A stretch of 63,527 nucleotides of DNA, filler included, from Octopus bimaculoides (Eukaryota): assembly GCF_001194135.2 (NCBI RefSeq). It is 6 parts of 6 records of this genome, joined end to end, with 100 filler letters (N's around TTAATTAATTAA, not from the genome) between each part and the next. Parts side by side here need not be neighbours in the genome. Positions count along the whole stretch, not along the records: positions 1 to 19,998 come from NC_069004.1; 5 more parts are not named here. The stretch is one strand, 5' to 3'. The first letter of the stretch is position 1. Each line of letters starts with the position of its first letter. Both the position numbers and the translations under genes were made by a program. Positions 1 through 14,049 of this stretch are shown piece by piece. Under the pieces are notes generated by a model. That model was given only the letters and a program-made list of their open reading frames with translations. It searched no databases and was not told the origin of the DNA.

Positions 1-483
1 ATATATATATATATATATATATATATACAGGCATGCATATATACACACACATACATACAAACGTATCTATATACAGTATATCATGTGTGCACATATAAAA
101 CAAATATATATATAATATATACAATGTGTGTGTGTGCGTGTGTGTATGTGTGTAGACACGTCTGCACACCCAACTACTCCCCTTTGCTCCTTCCCCGTAA
201 ATTCTCAGGTCAGAAGTTCTTATTGATGATTGGAAGAAAAGAAACACCTGATTTTCTTTCATAATTCAAATGACACCACCTCATCCCATACGCTTTGCTC
301 ACACCACCATGAAACACCTCTCCCTCCCTTACACTTCCACTAAATTCACTTTGTGTTACTACCAATGTCCTTCGCCTATCCTACCAGATAACCAACTAGA
401 CTGTATTCACTAAATCTGGTGTCCACTAAGCCTGTACATCACCCCAGCTTAGAGCAAATTAAATATTAAAGATATATATTTAT

Positions 484-525
<42 letters not shown>

Positions 526-607
526 CGCACTTGTTTTTATGTCGAGTTATATATAAAAACAAATATACATCTTGACATAAATATGAATATATATATGTGT
601 GTGTGTG

Positions 608-685
<78 letters not shown>

Positions 686-687
<2 letters not shown>

Positions 688-940
688 GAATAAAAAGTTT
701 TGAATGGTACAACAATGCACTTTAATACAAACAATGGGCTGTGTACCTGTTGTAATTTAGTCATCCATAGCCTGATATGATAATATTTCGGAATAAAATA
801 CCTTCTTCAGATATTCTTAGATGGAGTCGCTGTACTGTATCATATCAGGCTACGGATGACTAAATTACAACAGGTATATAGTCCATTTTTGTATTATAGT
901 GCATTGTTGTACCATTCAAAACATTTTATTCTTTACAAAC
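686..940. repeat. Long inverted repeat / foldback (about 95-bp arms, about 55-bp loop)
   Basis: gtacctgttgtaatttagtcatccatagcctgatatga (743-780) is near-perfectly complementary to 840-877, and the similarity extends out to about 686 and 940. It also explains the mirror ORFs MTKLQQV on both strands. Confidence 0.85.
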
Positions 941-1185
941 AATACACAATGCTTCAAGCGAACTACAATAATCTCCTATATATATNNNNNNNNNNNNNNN
1001 NNNNNNNNNNNNNNNNNNNNNNNNNNNNNNNAATATACTATAATTATATACATAATTATAATTATGTATATAATTATAGAATATTTTGTATAATTCAGCT
1101 AAACAGGTTGTTTTTTTTTAACGTACTGACTATTTGATAAAATTATTAATTATTAACTAATTAATTTTACCCCATATTATATATA

Positions 1186-1623
1186 CAGGAGTGGCTGTGT
1201 GGTAAGTAGCTTGCTTACCAACCACATAGTTCCGGGTTCAGTCCCACTGCGTGGAACCTTGGGCAAGTGTCTTCTACTATAGCCTCGGGCCGACCAAAAT
1301 CCTGTGAGTGGATTTGGTAGATGGAAACTGAAAGAAGCACGTCGTATATATGTATATGTATGTATATATATATACACATATATATATATGTATGTATATG
1401 TGTGTATGTGTTGTGTATCTGTGTTTGTCCCCCCAACATCGCTTGACAACCGATGCTGGTGTGTTTAGGTCCCCGTAACTTAGCGGTTCGGCAAAAGATA
1501 CTGATAGAATAAGTACTAGGCTTACAAAAATAAGTCCTGGGTCGATTTGATTCGACTACAGACAGTGCTCCAGCATGGCCGCAGTCAAATGACTGAAACA
1601 AGTAAAAGATTAAAAAGAATAAA

Positions 1624-1625
<2 letters not shown>
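1186..1625 (+). mobile_element. tRNA-derived SINE family A, full copy
   Basis: Head GGAGTGGCTGTGTGGTAAG...GGTTCAGTCCC with A/B-box-like motifs, internal (TA/TG)n, and 3' part ...CAGCATGGCCGCAGTCAAATGACTGAAACAAGTAAAAGA. The family is repeated many times in the window. Confidence 0.85.
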
Positions 1626-1665
<40 letters not shown>

Positions 1666-2179
1666 TTTCAACGAATGTGACATCGAATTCACACGTACAA
1701 AGAAAGATTTGGCTGCGATTTCTAGCATGCTCTGCTACCACGTAACAACTATTTGCTTTCAGACCGGAATATTTGCGTTCACACCGAAATATTTACCAAC
1801 GTTTTTCTTTCCATTTATTTTTTCCACTTTATGGAAGCCAATATTTTCTCTGTTGACATCTACCTCAGCGAAGTTATGCATCAAGTGGAAACACTTCAAT
1901 CACTGATACATCTTGACACGGCAAAGAAATTTCCCGCTGCCTTTGCAAGCAACAAGCGGGTGGATTTGGTTTCAAATCCAGGCAGAGCCAAACGAAGTCC
2001 TACAAGTCATTCATAATAATAAGTGGCATTATATCGTGGTTGAAAGCATGATACGTACAATATTGAATATGCTAAGACAACCTGAAAACATAACGGACAT
2101 ACGTTATATATATTACACGCACACGCACGATGTTAGATATTGTTTATGCTTACCAATTATGTGACTAATTGCTAAGAAT

Positions 2180-2770
2180 ACATTTTTAGAATATTTTTTA
2201 AACAATCCAGCTCTACAATTAAGCGGATTCCGAGAAAAATATTCTATATCCGTGATACTAAATTGAAAACCAAAATAACAATTCTCTTCCCCGAAAGTAA
2301 TCTTGGCCTTATAAGCACGGCCTCCAGTTCAAATCAAGCAAAGAGACCCATAAAATCACACCATAAGCCACCAAGAATTTATAGTAACTATAAATCTTCG
2401 CTTCATGACCAATCCAATGTAACAGCATATTCTATGACTAGAAAATGAGAAATCCTATGGTACGCACCACCCTTTTTTCTACGGGTTAAATCTTTACCTT
2501 AATTATTTTTTTTAAATTCTGAAGTCGAACTTTCCGCAGCATCATAAATACCACTCTATCTTTAACAAATCGTTGGTCAAATTATCTTACTCCACCACAC
2601 CAAATTTAGGAAATATAAAAACCTCTATTGATAGATATAAAATTCAGCTTCAGAATAATACACACCCGGATCCTTGCACAGCATCCCATGCTGGTACAAA
2701 AAATAGCAACAAGACAACCAATATAAATGATGGAACAATAAAGAAAGCCTGTAATTGTCGTATACCTAAT
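2180..2770 (+). mobile_element. Penelope-like element fragment (RT-to-GIY-YIG linker), degenerate
   Basis: Frameshifted peptide NNPALQLSGFREKIFYI...EILWYAPPF...NFPQHHKYHSIFNKSLVKLSYSTTPNL...CNCRIPN, matching the PLE motifs IIWFNPPF, HFP..HKLHKIFN...VKVSYSC and CNC. Confidence 0.8.
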
Positions 2771-3179
2771 GTATGTATGTATGTATGTCTGCAAACAATA
2801 GGAAAACCTTTAAATTCTGAAATCGAAATAGATGAAAGCAAATTCGATGAGGAAACGATCGCTAATGGCGTCACTGCTGCAAAAATAAAAAAAAAATGCC
2901 ATTGTTGTAATTAATCTGCAAAATATCATTATTCTATTTTTATCCATTAATACACGGTTAATCACAATTAGAACTTGTGTCCTAACCGCCTAATTAATTA
3001 GCTTTCAATTACATGTTGATCTTGGCTTGTTTGATTCAATGTTGTATTGTCAACATGGCCAGAGATTACTGCATGTCAACAATAGTCACCGCTAAACTTT
3101 TCATTTCCATCTTCATCCCGTCCGCTTGATGGAGAGATTCAATTGTTTAATTATTTATTTATTTATCTGTTTTATTATT

Positions 3180-3307
3180 GTTCATGTTGTTCTGCTTACG
3201 TCATGAAACATTCATCCTCATCACTATCTCCACCACCACCACCACCACCGCCGCCGCCGCCGTCGTTGTCGTCGTCATCATCATCATCATATCATCATCA
3301 TCATTAT

Positions 3308-3357
<50 letters not shown>

Positions 3358-3407
3358 CGTCATCATCATCATCATCATCATCATTGTCATCACCTTCTTC
3401 TTCTTTT

Positions 3408-3439
<32 letters not shown>

Positions 3440-3840
3440 TTCTTCCCCCACCCCTCCGCCTCCATATCATCATCGTCATCATCATCATCATCATCATTGT
3501 CATCACCTTCTTCTTCTTCTTCTTCTTCTTCTTCTTCTTTTTCTTCTTCTTCTTCTTCTTCTTCTTCTTTTTCTTCTTCTTCTTCTTCTTCTTCTTCTTN
3601 NNNNNNNNNNNNNNNNNNNNNNNNNNNNNNNNNNNNNNNNNNNNNNNNNNNNNNNNNNNNNNNNNATCATCATCGTCATCATCATCATCATCATCATCAT
3701 TGTCATCACCTTCTTCTTCTTCTTCTTCTTCTTCTTCTTCTTCTTCTTCCCCCACCCCTCCGCCTCCATATCATCATCGCTATCATCATTATCACCGTTA
3801 GTCATCATCGTCTTCGTCGGTGACGGCGACAACATCGTTA

Positions 3841-3898
<58 letters not shown>

Positions 3899-3900
3899 GT
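3180..3900. repeat. Compound triplet microsatellite (CAC/CGC/CAT/CTT), block repeated either side of a gap
   Basis: Direct reading. The block around 3385-3600 recurs at about 3666-3800. Confidence 0.9.
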
Positions 3901-4509
3901 AGCTAGACCGATACCTGTAATTCAAAAGGGTTAATTCTGTGCTACACACTGTATCACGCTATTTCTACACAAAAGTTTCCATTTGGCTACAAGGGTCTGC
4001 GGAATATTCAACTACCTGCGGCCCTAACATAACGAGCAGAGACGTCATTTGATGGAAGGAAAACTCGACTTAGAGCCATCCACTTTACACGTTTTATGGC
4101 TTAACTCTTTGGTGCCCAAACTACTCTGTCAAATGTAATGCTCATTTAGTCACGTTGTTTTGAATTCAGTAGGGGTTATCTCGTAGCTTCGAGACTTTAA
4201 CGATGTGACTGCTTATTTTTAGAATGATGTTATAGAGTAGGTGTGAGAGACCGGATCTAGCTAGTTTGGACATAAAACAAGTAGGACACTTGGGCCAGAT
4301 ATGGTCACTTTAAATGTTAAAGCGTTAGAGTAGTTATGTAAGTGAGACTTTGTATATAATTCACGCAATTAGTTGCGTCATTCCATTCATTGCAGAACAA
4401 ATATTACAATGGTTTCTGTCTATAAAATGTGTCTTTACTCGTTGGTTGTTTCGCGAATGTGTTGTTACAGCTTTTGTAGTGTTTCTTTGTATATCTGTGG
4501 CTATAACTA

Positions 4510-5030
4510 CAGGGTACGATGGACCAATTTTATATTTTTAATTTCGCGAATGTGCATTGTTTGTTTTTTGATTTTGTTGACTACACAGTATAGTAGGGTC
4601 AGTTGGGTACCGTCTGTGAGAAAAAAAAGCACCATGACACAATCTACTCTGCCAGAAAGTTGGAAACGACATGCTATACTGCTTGGCATTTGCGCCGGAA
4701 GCTCCAATACGAACATTTCAGAGTGTTTGGACGTCAATCTGGGGTCATGCACCGAGGGTGATAAAAATCAAACATCCAGTCAACATCATGGTGTTTGGGG
4801 TGATCACTTGTGATGGCAACATGGAGGCCTACATCAAGTGCCTGGAGAAGGTAGTGCTACCCCGGGTTAAGAGGTGGCTGCTGGAAGACCCTATGTCTGG
4901 CAACAGGACTCTACACCACGCCACACAAGCAGGAGAACTCAGTCGTGGTTGTCAAGACAATTCCTGCGACCACATCACCCCTAACATCTGGCCACCTTAC
5001 TTCCCAGATTGCAACCGCCTTGATTATTAT
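4510..5030 (+). mobile_element. Tc1/mariner superfamily, maT-type (DD37D) transposase remnant with internal deletions
   Basis: KIKHPVNIMVFGVIT...EAYIKCLEKVVLP, then after a frameshift VAAGRPYVWQQDSTPRHTSRRTQSWLS..DHITPNIWPPYFPDCNRLDYYV. There are 37 residues between the last two catalytic Asp. Confidence 0.8.
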
Positions 5031-5097
5031 GTGTATCTATTTATCCAACTATCTGTCCGTCCGTCCGTCCGTCCGTCCGTCTGTCTGTCTGTCTGTA

Positions 5098-5145
<48 letters not shown>

Positions 5146-5763
5146 CAGCTAGCTTTCTAGCCATCTCAGTAAGACGAAAGGACATGGGCGAACAACATTT
5201 CCACTAGTTGCCTACTTCCGTTTCTTACGAAGATAGTAATATCACTGTAACAGATATAAGTTTGACAAAAAACCCACTTTGGTAACGGAAGAATGTTGAG
5301 ATATTATCAACAGAAATTTAGGCTAGAGCTTATTATCAGTTTGTCGAAAAAGCGGATAGATCAAATTAAACAGTTTCTCAGTAACTTTTTTCCTTCTGTT
5401 CTACGGACATACGTACTTAGACTTTTGAACGGAGACATTTATTAACATCTATGGACTAAGACACGACTAATATGACCATGACCTGTGATAGGGAACATTT
5501 GCATATAGCTGTATCTGCTGTGATATTTGTACAGGACCCCTCACATGTACACACGATATAATATATATATNNNNNNNNNNNNNNNNNNNNNNNNNNNNNN
5601 NNNNNNNNNNNNNNNNNNNNNNNNNNNNGTATATTATTCATTTAAAATACAGAGATGCCTATAATAGGACATCTGACCCGCTAGAAAGAGCAGCAAAAAA
5701 CTCCATACCACTGGTGGCAAATAAAATTTCTAAACATTTTTTTTGCTGCCCTATAATTTATTA

Positions 5764-5816
<53 letters not shown>

Positions 5817-5820
5817 AATA

Positions 5821-6392
5821 CACAGACATGCAGGAAGTAAATAGACATCTTTAATTTTCAACTTTTCTGATCTAAGCGTCTTAATATGTTTCCAGCAGTG
5901 TAGAATTTACAATGTAATTATTCTTTTTCATTCCAGGTGCCATTATATTTGCGAAAAGTAACCATGCCACGCACAGAAAATTCAGCACAGCTGTCAGATT
6001 TTCAAAGAGCTCGTATTGTTGGGCAATCTGAGGCTGGTTTTAGCCAGCGAAAAATTGCCCAAAAATCTTCAAATTCCTCTGGCTACTGTTAATAGAATTA
6101 TAGTGCAATTCAGAATCCAAGGAAAACAATCAACAGATTCTCATCTCGGCCCACCTGGGCCCTCGGAAAGGAAGCTTCACTGTTTGAAGAGAATTGTGTA
6201 AAACGAATCCCGTTCGAAGGCTTCTGACATTGCAAAACAGCTAGAAGTTAGTCCAAGAACGTGTGTTACATATCTGCATAAGCTTAGGTATTATGGACGT
6301 GCAGCTAGAAGAAAACCTCTCCTTCAACCAATTAATATCAAATAAAAGATTTTGAAAAATAAAGGTGTCTATTTACTTCCTGCATGTCTGTG
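5821..6392 (+). mobile_element. Internally deleted Tc1-like element with TIRs and TA target duplication
   Basis: About 40-bp TIRs (CACAGACATGCAGGAAGTAAATAGACA...) with TA on both sides. ATG at 5964 gives MPRTENSAQLSDFQRARIVGQSEAGFSQRKIA, then after a frameshift LQIPLATVNRII...YGRAARRKPLL (HTH domains only, no DDE). Confidence 0.9.
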
Positions 6393-6397
6393 TATAT

Positions 6398-6454
<57 letters not shown>

Positions 6455-6518
6455 TCGTAATACATATATGTAGGAAACACAGCTTAGTATAAACACTCAC
6501 ATACCGACCTACACACAC

Positions 6519-6585
<67 letters not shown>

Positions 6586-7130
6586 CGTCTGTCTGTCCGT
6601 TTGTTTGCCTCTCTGTTTGTTTGCTTGTCTATCTGTTTGTCTGTCTCTATCTACCTCCCTCCCCCTCTCTCTATCTGCGTGTGTGTGTATATATATATAT
6701 ATATGTATATAATCTTGTATATAATATATATATATTTTGTAGTAAGGTGTTTATACTAAGACTTATGTATTACAGAACATACCGAATAAGGACAACATAT
6801 TTGATTATCATCATTCATTTTTATTTTTAAATCTATAAAATTTGATTGGAGAAGGGAAAAATAACAATAACCAAACAATGAATATGGAGCCACCGAAAGA
6901 CGTCTGGAGAATCTATGAATGGTACCAAACTACAGCATGGCCATTATCCATTGATATTCACGTCCTGTTCAAGAGGAAAACCTACTTCATAGCACTTAAA
7001 AATCTGAAGAGCCTTATCAATATTAGGCACCTTGTTCTGTTATAAATAGTAACCAAATCTCGCTCAACTTACCAGGCGCAAGCATGACTCTTGTGTGATT
7101 AAGAAGTTTGTGAGTGGATTTGGTATATAT

Positions 7131-7299
7131 TACTCTTTTACCCTTTTACTTGTTTGTCATTTGACTGCGGCCATGCTGGAGCACCGCTTTTAGTCGAGCA
7201 AATCGACCCCAGGATTTATTCTTTGTAAGCGTAGTACTTATTCTATCGGTCTTTTTATGCCGAACCGCTAAGTTACGGGAACGTAAACACACCAGCATC
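7131..7299 (-). mobile_element. SINE family A, 3' half
   Basis: Reverse complement of the 1430-1620 segment; runs into a gap. Confidence 0.8.
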
Positions 7300-7986
7300 N
7301 NNNNNNNNNNNNNNNNNNNNNNNNNNNNNNNNNNNNNNNNNNNNNNNNNNNNNNNNNNNNNNNNNNNNNNNNNNNNNNNNNNNNNNNNNNNNNNNNNNNN
7401 NNNNNNNNNNNNNNNNNNNNNNNNNNNNNNNNNNNNNNNNNNNNNNNNNNNNNNNNNNNNNNNNNNNNNNNNNNNNNNNNNNNNNNNNNNNNNNNNNNNN
7501 NNNNNNNNNNNNNNNNNNNNNNNNNNNNNNNNNNNNNNNNNNNNNNNNNNNNNNNNNNNNNNNNNNNNNNNNNNNNNNNNNNNNNNNNNNNNNNNNNNNN
7601 NNNNNNNNNNNNNNNNNNNNNNNNNNNNNNNNNNNNNNNNNNNNNNNNNNNNNNNNNNNNNNNNNNNNNNNNNNNNNNNNNNNNNNNNNNNNNNNNNNNN
7701 NNNNNNNNNNNNNNNNNNNNNNNNNNNNNNNNNNNNNNNNNNNNNNNNNNNNNNNNNNNNNNNNNNNNNNNNNNNNNNNNNNNNNNNNNNNNNNNNNNNN
7801 NNNNNNNNNNNNNNNNNNNNNNNNNNNNNNNNNNNNNNNNNNNNNNNNNNNNNNNNNNNNNNNNNNNNNNNNNNNNNNNNNNNNNNNNNNNNNNNNNNNN
7901 NNNNNNNNNNNNNNNNNNNNNNNNNNNNNNNNNNNNNNNNNNNNNNNNNNNNNNNNNNNNNNNNNNNNNNNNNNNNNNNNNNNNNN

Positions 7987-8080
7987 CTTTAGGTGTTTTC
8001 TCTCAATAAACACACACAACGCTCGGTCTGGGAATCGAAACCGCGATCCTCCAACCGCGAGTCCGCTGGGCCATTGTGCC
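7987..8080 (-). mobile_element. SINE family D head
   Basis: Matches the head of the 56170-56500 copy (AATGGCCCAG...GGTTTCGATTCCCAGACC). Confidence 0.75.
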
Positions 8081-10149
8081 GCAACACATATTTTTGCTGC
8101 CACGTTGTTTCCCATTAACCTTAGTACCATATATACGACGACGGAAAAGTAAACGGGATTGCCATGGCCTGAATGTCTTGATCATCGAACTGGTTCGATC
8201 GGGATGAAGTGGTGATGGTGGGCTGTGATGATCTCAAGTCCAACACCATTATCAAATATTAGCTCTCAAAGCCATATCAGCCGACCTAGATTATTGCGTT
8301 GCAATGACACCTTGTTGCTGTTTCATAAATTATGGATTCAATGGCGGCTTCCATCTATTTTCACTTGTTTAGGGTGTTATCGTGATTAAACATACATTTT
8401 CACACACATATATATATATATACTTATGTATACATGGACACCCATTCACACACACAGAAGCACGTAAATACTCACACATGGACACACAGAGCAATACGTA
8501 CTATATGCAAGCATACACCTCTACACGTATTCACACATACAAAATAAACGTTCATTTATATATATATAGATGCATATATATAGATGCATATATATATATA
8601 TATATATATATTAGATAGATAGGTATAGATACAGATACATATACATATATATACACATATATATGTATGGATGTATGTATATATGTATGTATGTATGTAT
8701 GTAGATACGCATGTATGTATGTTTCTATGTGCGTATTTATATATATATGTATGTGTGTATGCGTATATCTATGCATATACATGTGTATCAACACAATTAG
8801 GCTTGAAATACATGCATACATACATGCATACATACATACATACATACATACATACATACATACGTATATATGTATATATATATACGCGCACACATACATN
8901 NNNNNNNNNNNNNNNNNNNNNNNNNNNNNNNNNNNNNNNNNNNNNNNNNNNNNNNNNNNNNNNNNNNNNNNNNNNNNNNNNNNNNNNNNNNNNNNNNNNN
9001 NNNNNNNNNNNNNNNNNNNNNNNNNNNNNNNNNNNNNNNNNNNNNNNNNNNNNNNNNNNNNNNNNNNNNNNNNNNNNNNNNNNNNNNNNNNNNNNNNNNN
9101 NNNNNNNNNNNNNNNNNNNNNNNNNNNNNNNNNNNNNNNNNNNNNNNNNNNNNNNNNNNNNNNNNNNNNNNNNNNNNNNNNNNNNNNNNNNNNNNNNNNN
9201 NNNNNNNNNNNNNNNNNNNNNNNNNNNNNNNNNNNNNNNNNNNNNNNNNNNNNNNNNNNNNNNNNNNNNNNNNNNNNNNNNNNNNNNNNNNNNNNNNNNN
9301 NNNNNNNNNNNNNNNNNNNNNNNNNNNNNNNNNNNNNNNNNNNNNNNNNNNNNNNNNNNNNNNNNNNNNNNNNNNNNNNNNNNNNNNNNNNNNNNNNNNN
9401 NNNNNNNNNNNNNNNNNNNNNNNNNNNNNNNNNNNNNNNNNNNNNNNNNNNNNNNNNNNNNNNNNNNNNNNNNNNNNNNNNNNNNNNNNNNNNNNNNNNN
9501 NNNNNNNNNNNNNNNNNNNNNNNNNNNNNNNNNNNNNNNNNNNNNNNNNNNNNNNNNNNNNNNNNNNNNNNNNNNNNNNNNNNNNNNNNNNNNNNNNNNN
9601 NNNNNNNNNNNNNNNNNNNNNNNNNNNNNNNNNNNNNNNNNNNNNNNNNNNNNNNNNNNNNNNNNNNNNNNNNNNNNNNNNNNNNNNNNNNNNNNNNNNN
9701 NNNNNNNNNNNNNNNNNNNNNNNNNAGACCACATGACACCCCTCTCTCTCAATGACTGGATCGTCTGCTTTGAGAAGACCACATGACATCCCCCTCTCTG
9801 TCTCTTTGTTCAATGTAGATTTGTTGCAGCCTCCTCCCACTTTCTGACCCGAACAGGACAATCCCATAATTCCTGAGTTAGCCACCTGAAATGTCGGAAT
9901 AACATGGCGGTAAGTTTGAATTTTTAAAATCTTTTTATCCAAAACATCTGTTTGCACTATTATATTTTTGGAGTGTTCTGAAAACAAAATATTATCTATA
10001 TTATATTTCTTATTTCAGAAGTAGCTAATTAATCTTAAATTAATTGAACTAACGTTATTTTTTCCATTTTGTTGAAATTGACTTAAAATTTACTAAGACG
10101 TTTACACGTCTGTTCTTATATAAAAGTAGCCTTTTTCAAAACTAGATAA

Positions 10150-10759
10150 TTTTTCAATCTTTTATGATATGTTAGGAGGAAAATATGGAGTCGATGCTGG
10201 AATCGGAATTCAGAGATCCAAAAATATTTCTATTGAGCCCCAACGAATGACTTATGGCAAATTTTTTGATGTAATATGATTACAAAGTGAGCTCAATGTG
10301 ATGTATTCAATGAAAGATTTTAAAATGCGAGGTATAAGTCATTTAATGAGTTACAAATACAGCAGTGATCTTGTTGAAGCTATGCCAGAACTCTTCAATC
10401 TGTGCAAGTTGATTTTGACAATTCCATCTACCACTGCTTCTGTAGAGTGATCCTTTCTGCATTAAGTAGAATCAAAACATACCAAAGAAATGCGACAGGA
10501 GAAAGAAGACTGTCTGGGTTAGCACTAATGTCAATTGAAAAAGATTTATTACAACAATTGATGAAAAGAGAAGATTTCTATGAAAATATGATACATATAT
10601 TTGCCCAGAAAGATCGAAGAATTGAATTAATTTAGAAATTAGGTAAATAACATTTTAACGTAAGGTTCGACCTTCTTACATCAGAATTGTTTCGCAGGAG
10701 AAATGGTTCGACTTCTTCGTCACACCTAACCTACATAGGTCTTCCTTCCTGTGCTACTG
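10150..10759 (+). mobile_element. hAT transposase C-terminal dimerization-domain remnant with putative 3' terminus
   Basis: MPELFNLCKLILTIPSTTASVE*SF, frameshift, then SALSRIKTYQRNATGERRLSGLALMSIE, which is the hATC motif PxTxASxERSFS.L.RIKT.LR. The element ends ...TCCTGTGCTACTG. Confidence 0.85.
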
Positions 10760-11616
10760 GATGTAGTCTATTTACGGCCGTAAATAAGTGTCTTGTTTCA
10801 ATCTCAGAGATGTTGACTTCTGCCACAACAGTTTTGGGGGTGGGGTTTTTTACAATGTTGACTTTTCGCTGTCTTTCATTGTGTGTGTATTCATGTATAT
10901 GCGTGTATTTTCAATGTGTGTGCGTGAGACGTAGTCTTTTAATATACGGAGTTCAGTAAGTCTCAGAACAGTCTGCTTGAGTATCAATAATTTTCCCGGA
11001 ATTAACAAGTGGCATGATAAAGCACCTGATTTGTCTTCAAGAGCGTAACTATCTAAAACCATGGCCATATAATGTAACTAAATGTGTTCTCATTATTAAA
11101 CCATTTCAAATTGATTCAGCTGAACCAATCTCTTCCCTTACGGAAAATGCCGAATTGATGTAAACAAACGCACGTGGACGATTTGGCATTTAGCGTACTA
11201 GTACTGTTGTTGTTGTTTTTGTTATTATTATACACTTATTATATATACCTACATGTATATATACATATATACAATATCTACATGCATTCTTACACATTCT
11301 TACACATTCTTACACACAAATACATTCTTACACACAAATACACACACACACACACACATACACACACTCACACTCACACACACACTCACACGCACACGTA
11401 TACACATACACGTAGACACACATACACACACACGCGTTGTTCTATTTACTAACCCTGCTGTCTTTATCAAATCAACAATATCTAAAGATTTATTTCTCTA
11501 TCAACTCAACAATCTTTCTTTTGAGATTCACACCGACATTTTAGAGATATACTCACCAGTCCCAAAGAATCTGCAAAGGTCACAGACTACGCCCAGATTA
11601 AACCATAAAATACACA

Positions 11617-11681
<65 letters not shown>

Positions 11682-12370
11682 TGGGTGCGTGTACAGCTGC
11701 CCTTCGGTTTCTGCAGTTTAAACGACTTATCGTGTGAATCGAAATCGCGTAAAATGAAACAGATAACGTTTTCATGATTAAAAAATGCACATATAAACAA
11801 AATTTAAATAACTATTTATTGAATTGGGGATAATGATTTTGATTATTGTGTGTATTCATACACACACACACACACACACACATACACACACTTTTATACA
11901 TACATACATACATACATGGATACACTCACAGACACGTACACACGCATACACATATGATACAGGGTTCATTTTCTATCAAAAATCCAGATTATTTGTATTG
12001 TTCCCATAATGTTACTTATGTATATATGTGAGCTGTCGCGAAAGTAACGTAATAGTAGGCAAGATTTTTTAAATATTAACTGGCACAGGTAGTTCAAACT
12101 AAACATGTTGGCAGAGTAACTCTTCATCTACACAAAAGTATTCCTGAACATAGACTCCATCACAAGAGATACATCTACACCATCATTGAGCCCAGCTTTC
12201 AAATCTTCCTTTCAAAAAATGTAGGTGCTGACTGTTGTACTAATTTCTTCACAAACATTTTTCACATCGTCTGTGTTATCAAATCGTTATGTCCAAAAAC
12301 TATCCTTCATTGGACCAAATACGTGGAAGCTGGAGAACGCACATAGATACATACACATATTCCTGTTTTT

Positions 12371-12402
<32 letters not shown>

Positions 12403-12408
12403 TCACAT

Positions 12409-12724
12409 ACGCAGACACGTGTCTAGATCTTCAGATAGTCTCGAAGAGTGATAACAGATATCTGAAGAATTAAAGCAACAGTCTGTGTGTTTATGAAACT
12501 CACACACACACACACACACGCGCACATATGTATGCATGAATGTATGAATGTGTGTATGCATCCATATCCTTTTGTAGGTTAGCAGTTGAGTTGATGGTTG
12601 CAACTGCCAAGTCTTAGAGCTTCATAAACACGCAGACACGTGCTTTAATTCTTCAGATATCCGTTCTCAATCTTCGAGAATATCTGAAGATCTAGGCACG
12701 TGTCTGCGTGTCTATGGAACTCTA
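12409..12724. repeat. Two inverted copies of a ~100-bp self-palindromic MITE-like unit
   Basis: 12615-12724 has TIRs TAGAGCTTCATAAACACGCAGACACGTGC / GCACGTGTCTGCGTGTCTATGGAACTCTA and inner TCTTCAGATAT...ATATCTGAAGA. 12409-12501 is a diverged reverse-complement copy. Confidence 0.75.
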
Positions 12725-12939
12725 AATAATGGCTGTAACTACTAACCTACAGCTTATATGAATACATACACATATACACACATACAAACATACATATATA
12801 TATATATATATATANNNNNNNNNNTATATATGTATATATATATATATATATATGCAGAAACGTACATATGCAGAAACGCAAACTTATACAAACACACACA
12901 CACGCGCGCGTACGCACATATGATATTATAAACATGTAT

Positions 12940-12973
<34 letters not shown>

Positions 12974-13439
12974 ATTCCCGTACATACAGCGATATATACC
13001 CACAGCAACTTACCAAGAAACACAATGAATAATGCATATTTAGGAAATCTCAGCTTCTTATCTCGATCGATTTCCTACACCCACTCTTTCCTCTCTTCTA
13101 CCTCCTCCTCCTCTTCCTCTTCATCCCTCTCTTACGACCACTCCTTCACTTACCTCCATCCCATTTCATTCCCTACTCCGCTTCTCAACCGACCACGTTC
13201 ACTTCCGGAAATGTTGTTCCGGTTTGATAAGATACCAGGCCAACAACAATAGCAGTTACAACAACAGCATCAACAGGAACAGCAACAACAACAACAACAA
13301 CAGGAACAGCAACAACAACAACAACAACAACAATGCAACAACGCAACAACGGTGAAAGTAGCATCAATAATCAAAAAGTTGGAGCAGGAAGAAAAGAAAA
13401 AAAAACTACCAAGAATATCTACTTTTCTTCTCTCGGCAC

Positions 13440-13632
13440 AAGTATGGAAATTTTGGGGGAGGGGGCCAGTCGATTAGATTGACCCTAGTACGCAGCTGGT
13501 ACTTAATTTATCGATCCCGAAAGGATGAAAGGCAAAGTCGACCTCGGCGGAATTTGAACTCAGAACGTGAAGACAGACGGAATGCCGCTTAGCGTTTCGC
13601 CCGGCGTGCTAACGTTTCTGCCAACTCACTGC
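13440..13632 (-). mobile_element. tRNA-derived SINE family B
   Basis: Reverse complement of GGCAGAAACGTTAGCACGCCGGGCGAAA...GAGTTCAAATTCCGCCGAGGTCGACTTTGCCTTTCATCCTTTCG. Confidence 0.85.
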
Positions 13633-14049
13633 CTTAATGCCATCCTTTCTGGGTCGATAAATTAAGTACTAGCTGTGTAATGGGGTCGATCTAATCACCC
13701 CTCCACCAAAGAAAAATTTCGAGCTTTGTACCTGGAATAGACAAGAATATAGTAGTAGTAGGGGTAGTGGTGGTAGTGGTGGTGCTAGTGTGGTATTAGT
13801 AATAGTTGCGGTTGGTTTGCTGTGTGTGTGCGTTTGTATATATATGCGTGTTCTTATCAAATGATATTACAGCCTTCTGAAAGACTCATCCTTAGATGGC
13901 TCCACAATCCTGATTCAACCACCATCTAAAACTTGAAAGAAAGTACCCTAATGCGGTGGGTAAGCTCCGAAGAACAGTAACGAAATGTCTATACAAAAGC
14001 CTGGTCGTGGAAACTCCCATAGCCACACAGGAAAGCGAGAAAAACCTCC

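Noticed and set aside
1186-1260. tRNA genes at SINE heads
   Set aside because: Only A/B-box-like motifs are present, no complete cloverleaf is evident, and each continues into a SINE body.
3143-3949. Poly-His/Ser/Glu/Asp/Lys ORFs and all HT/YI/CV-repeat or X-containing ORFs across the window
   Set aside because: These are translations of microsatellites and N gaps.
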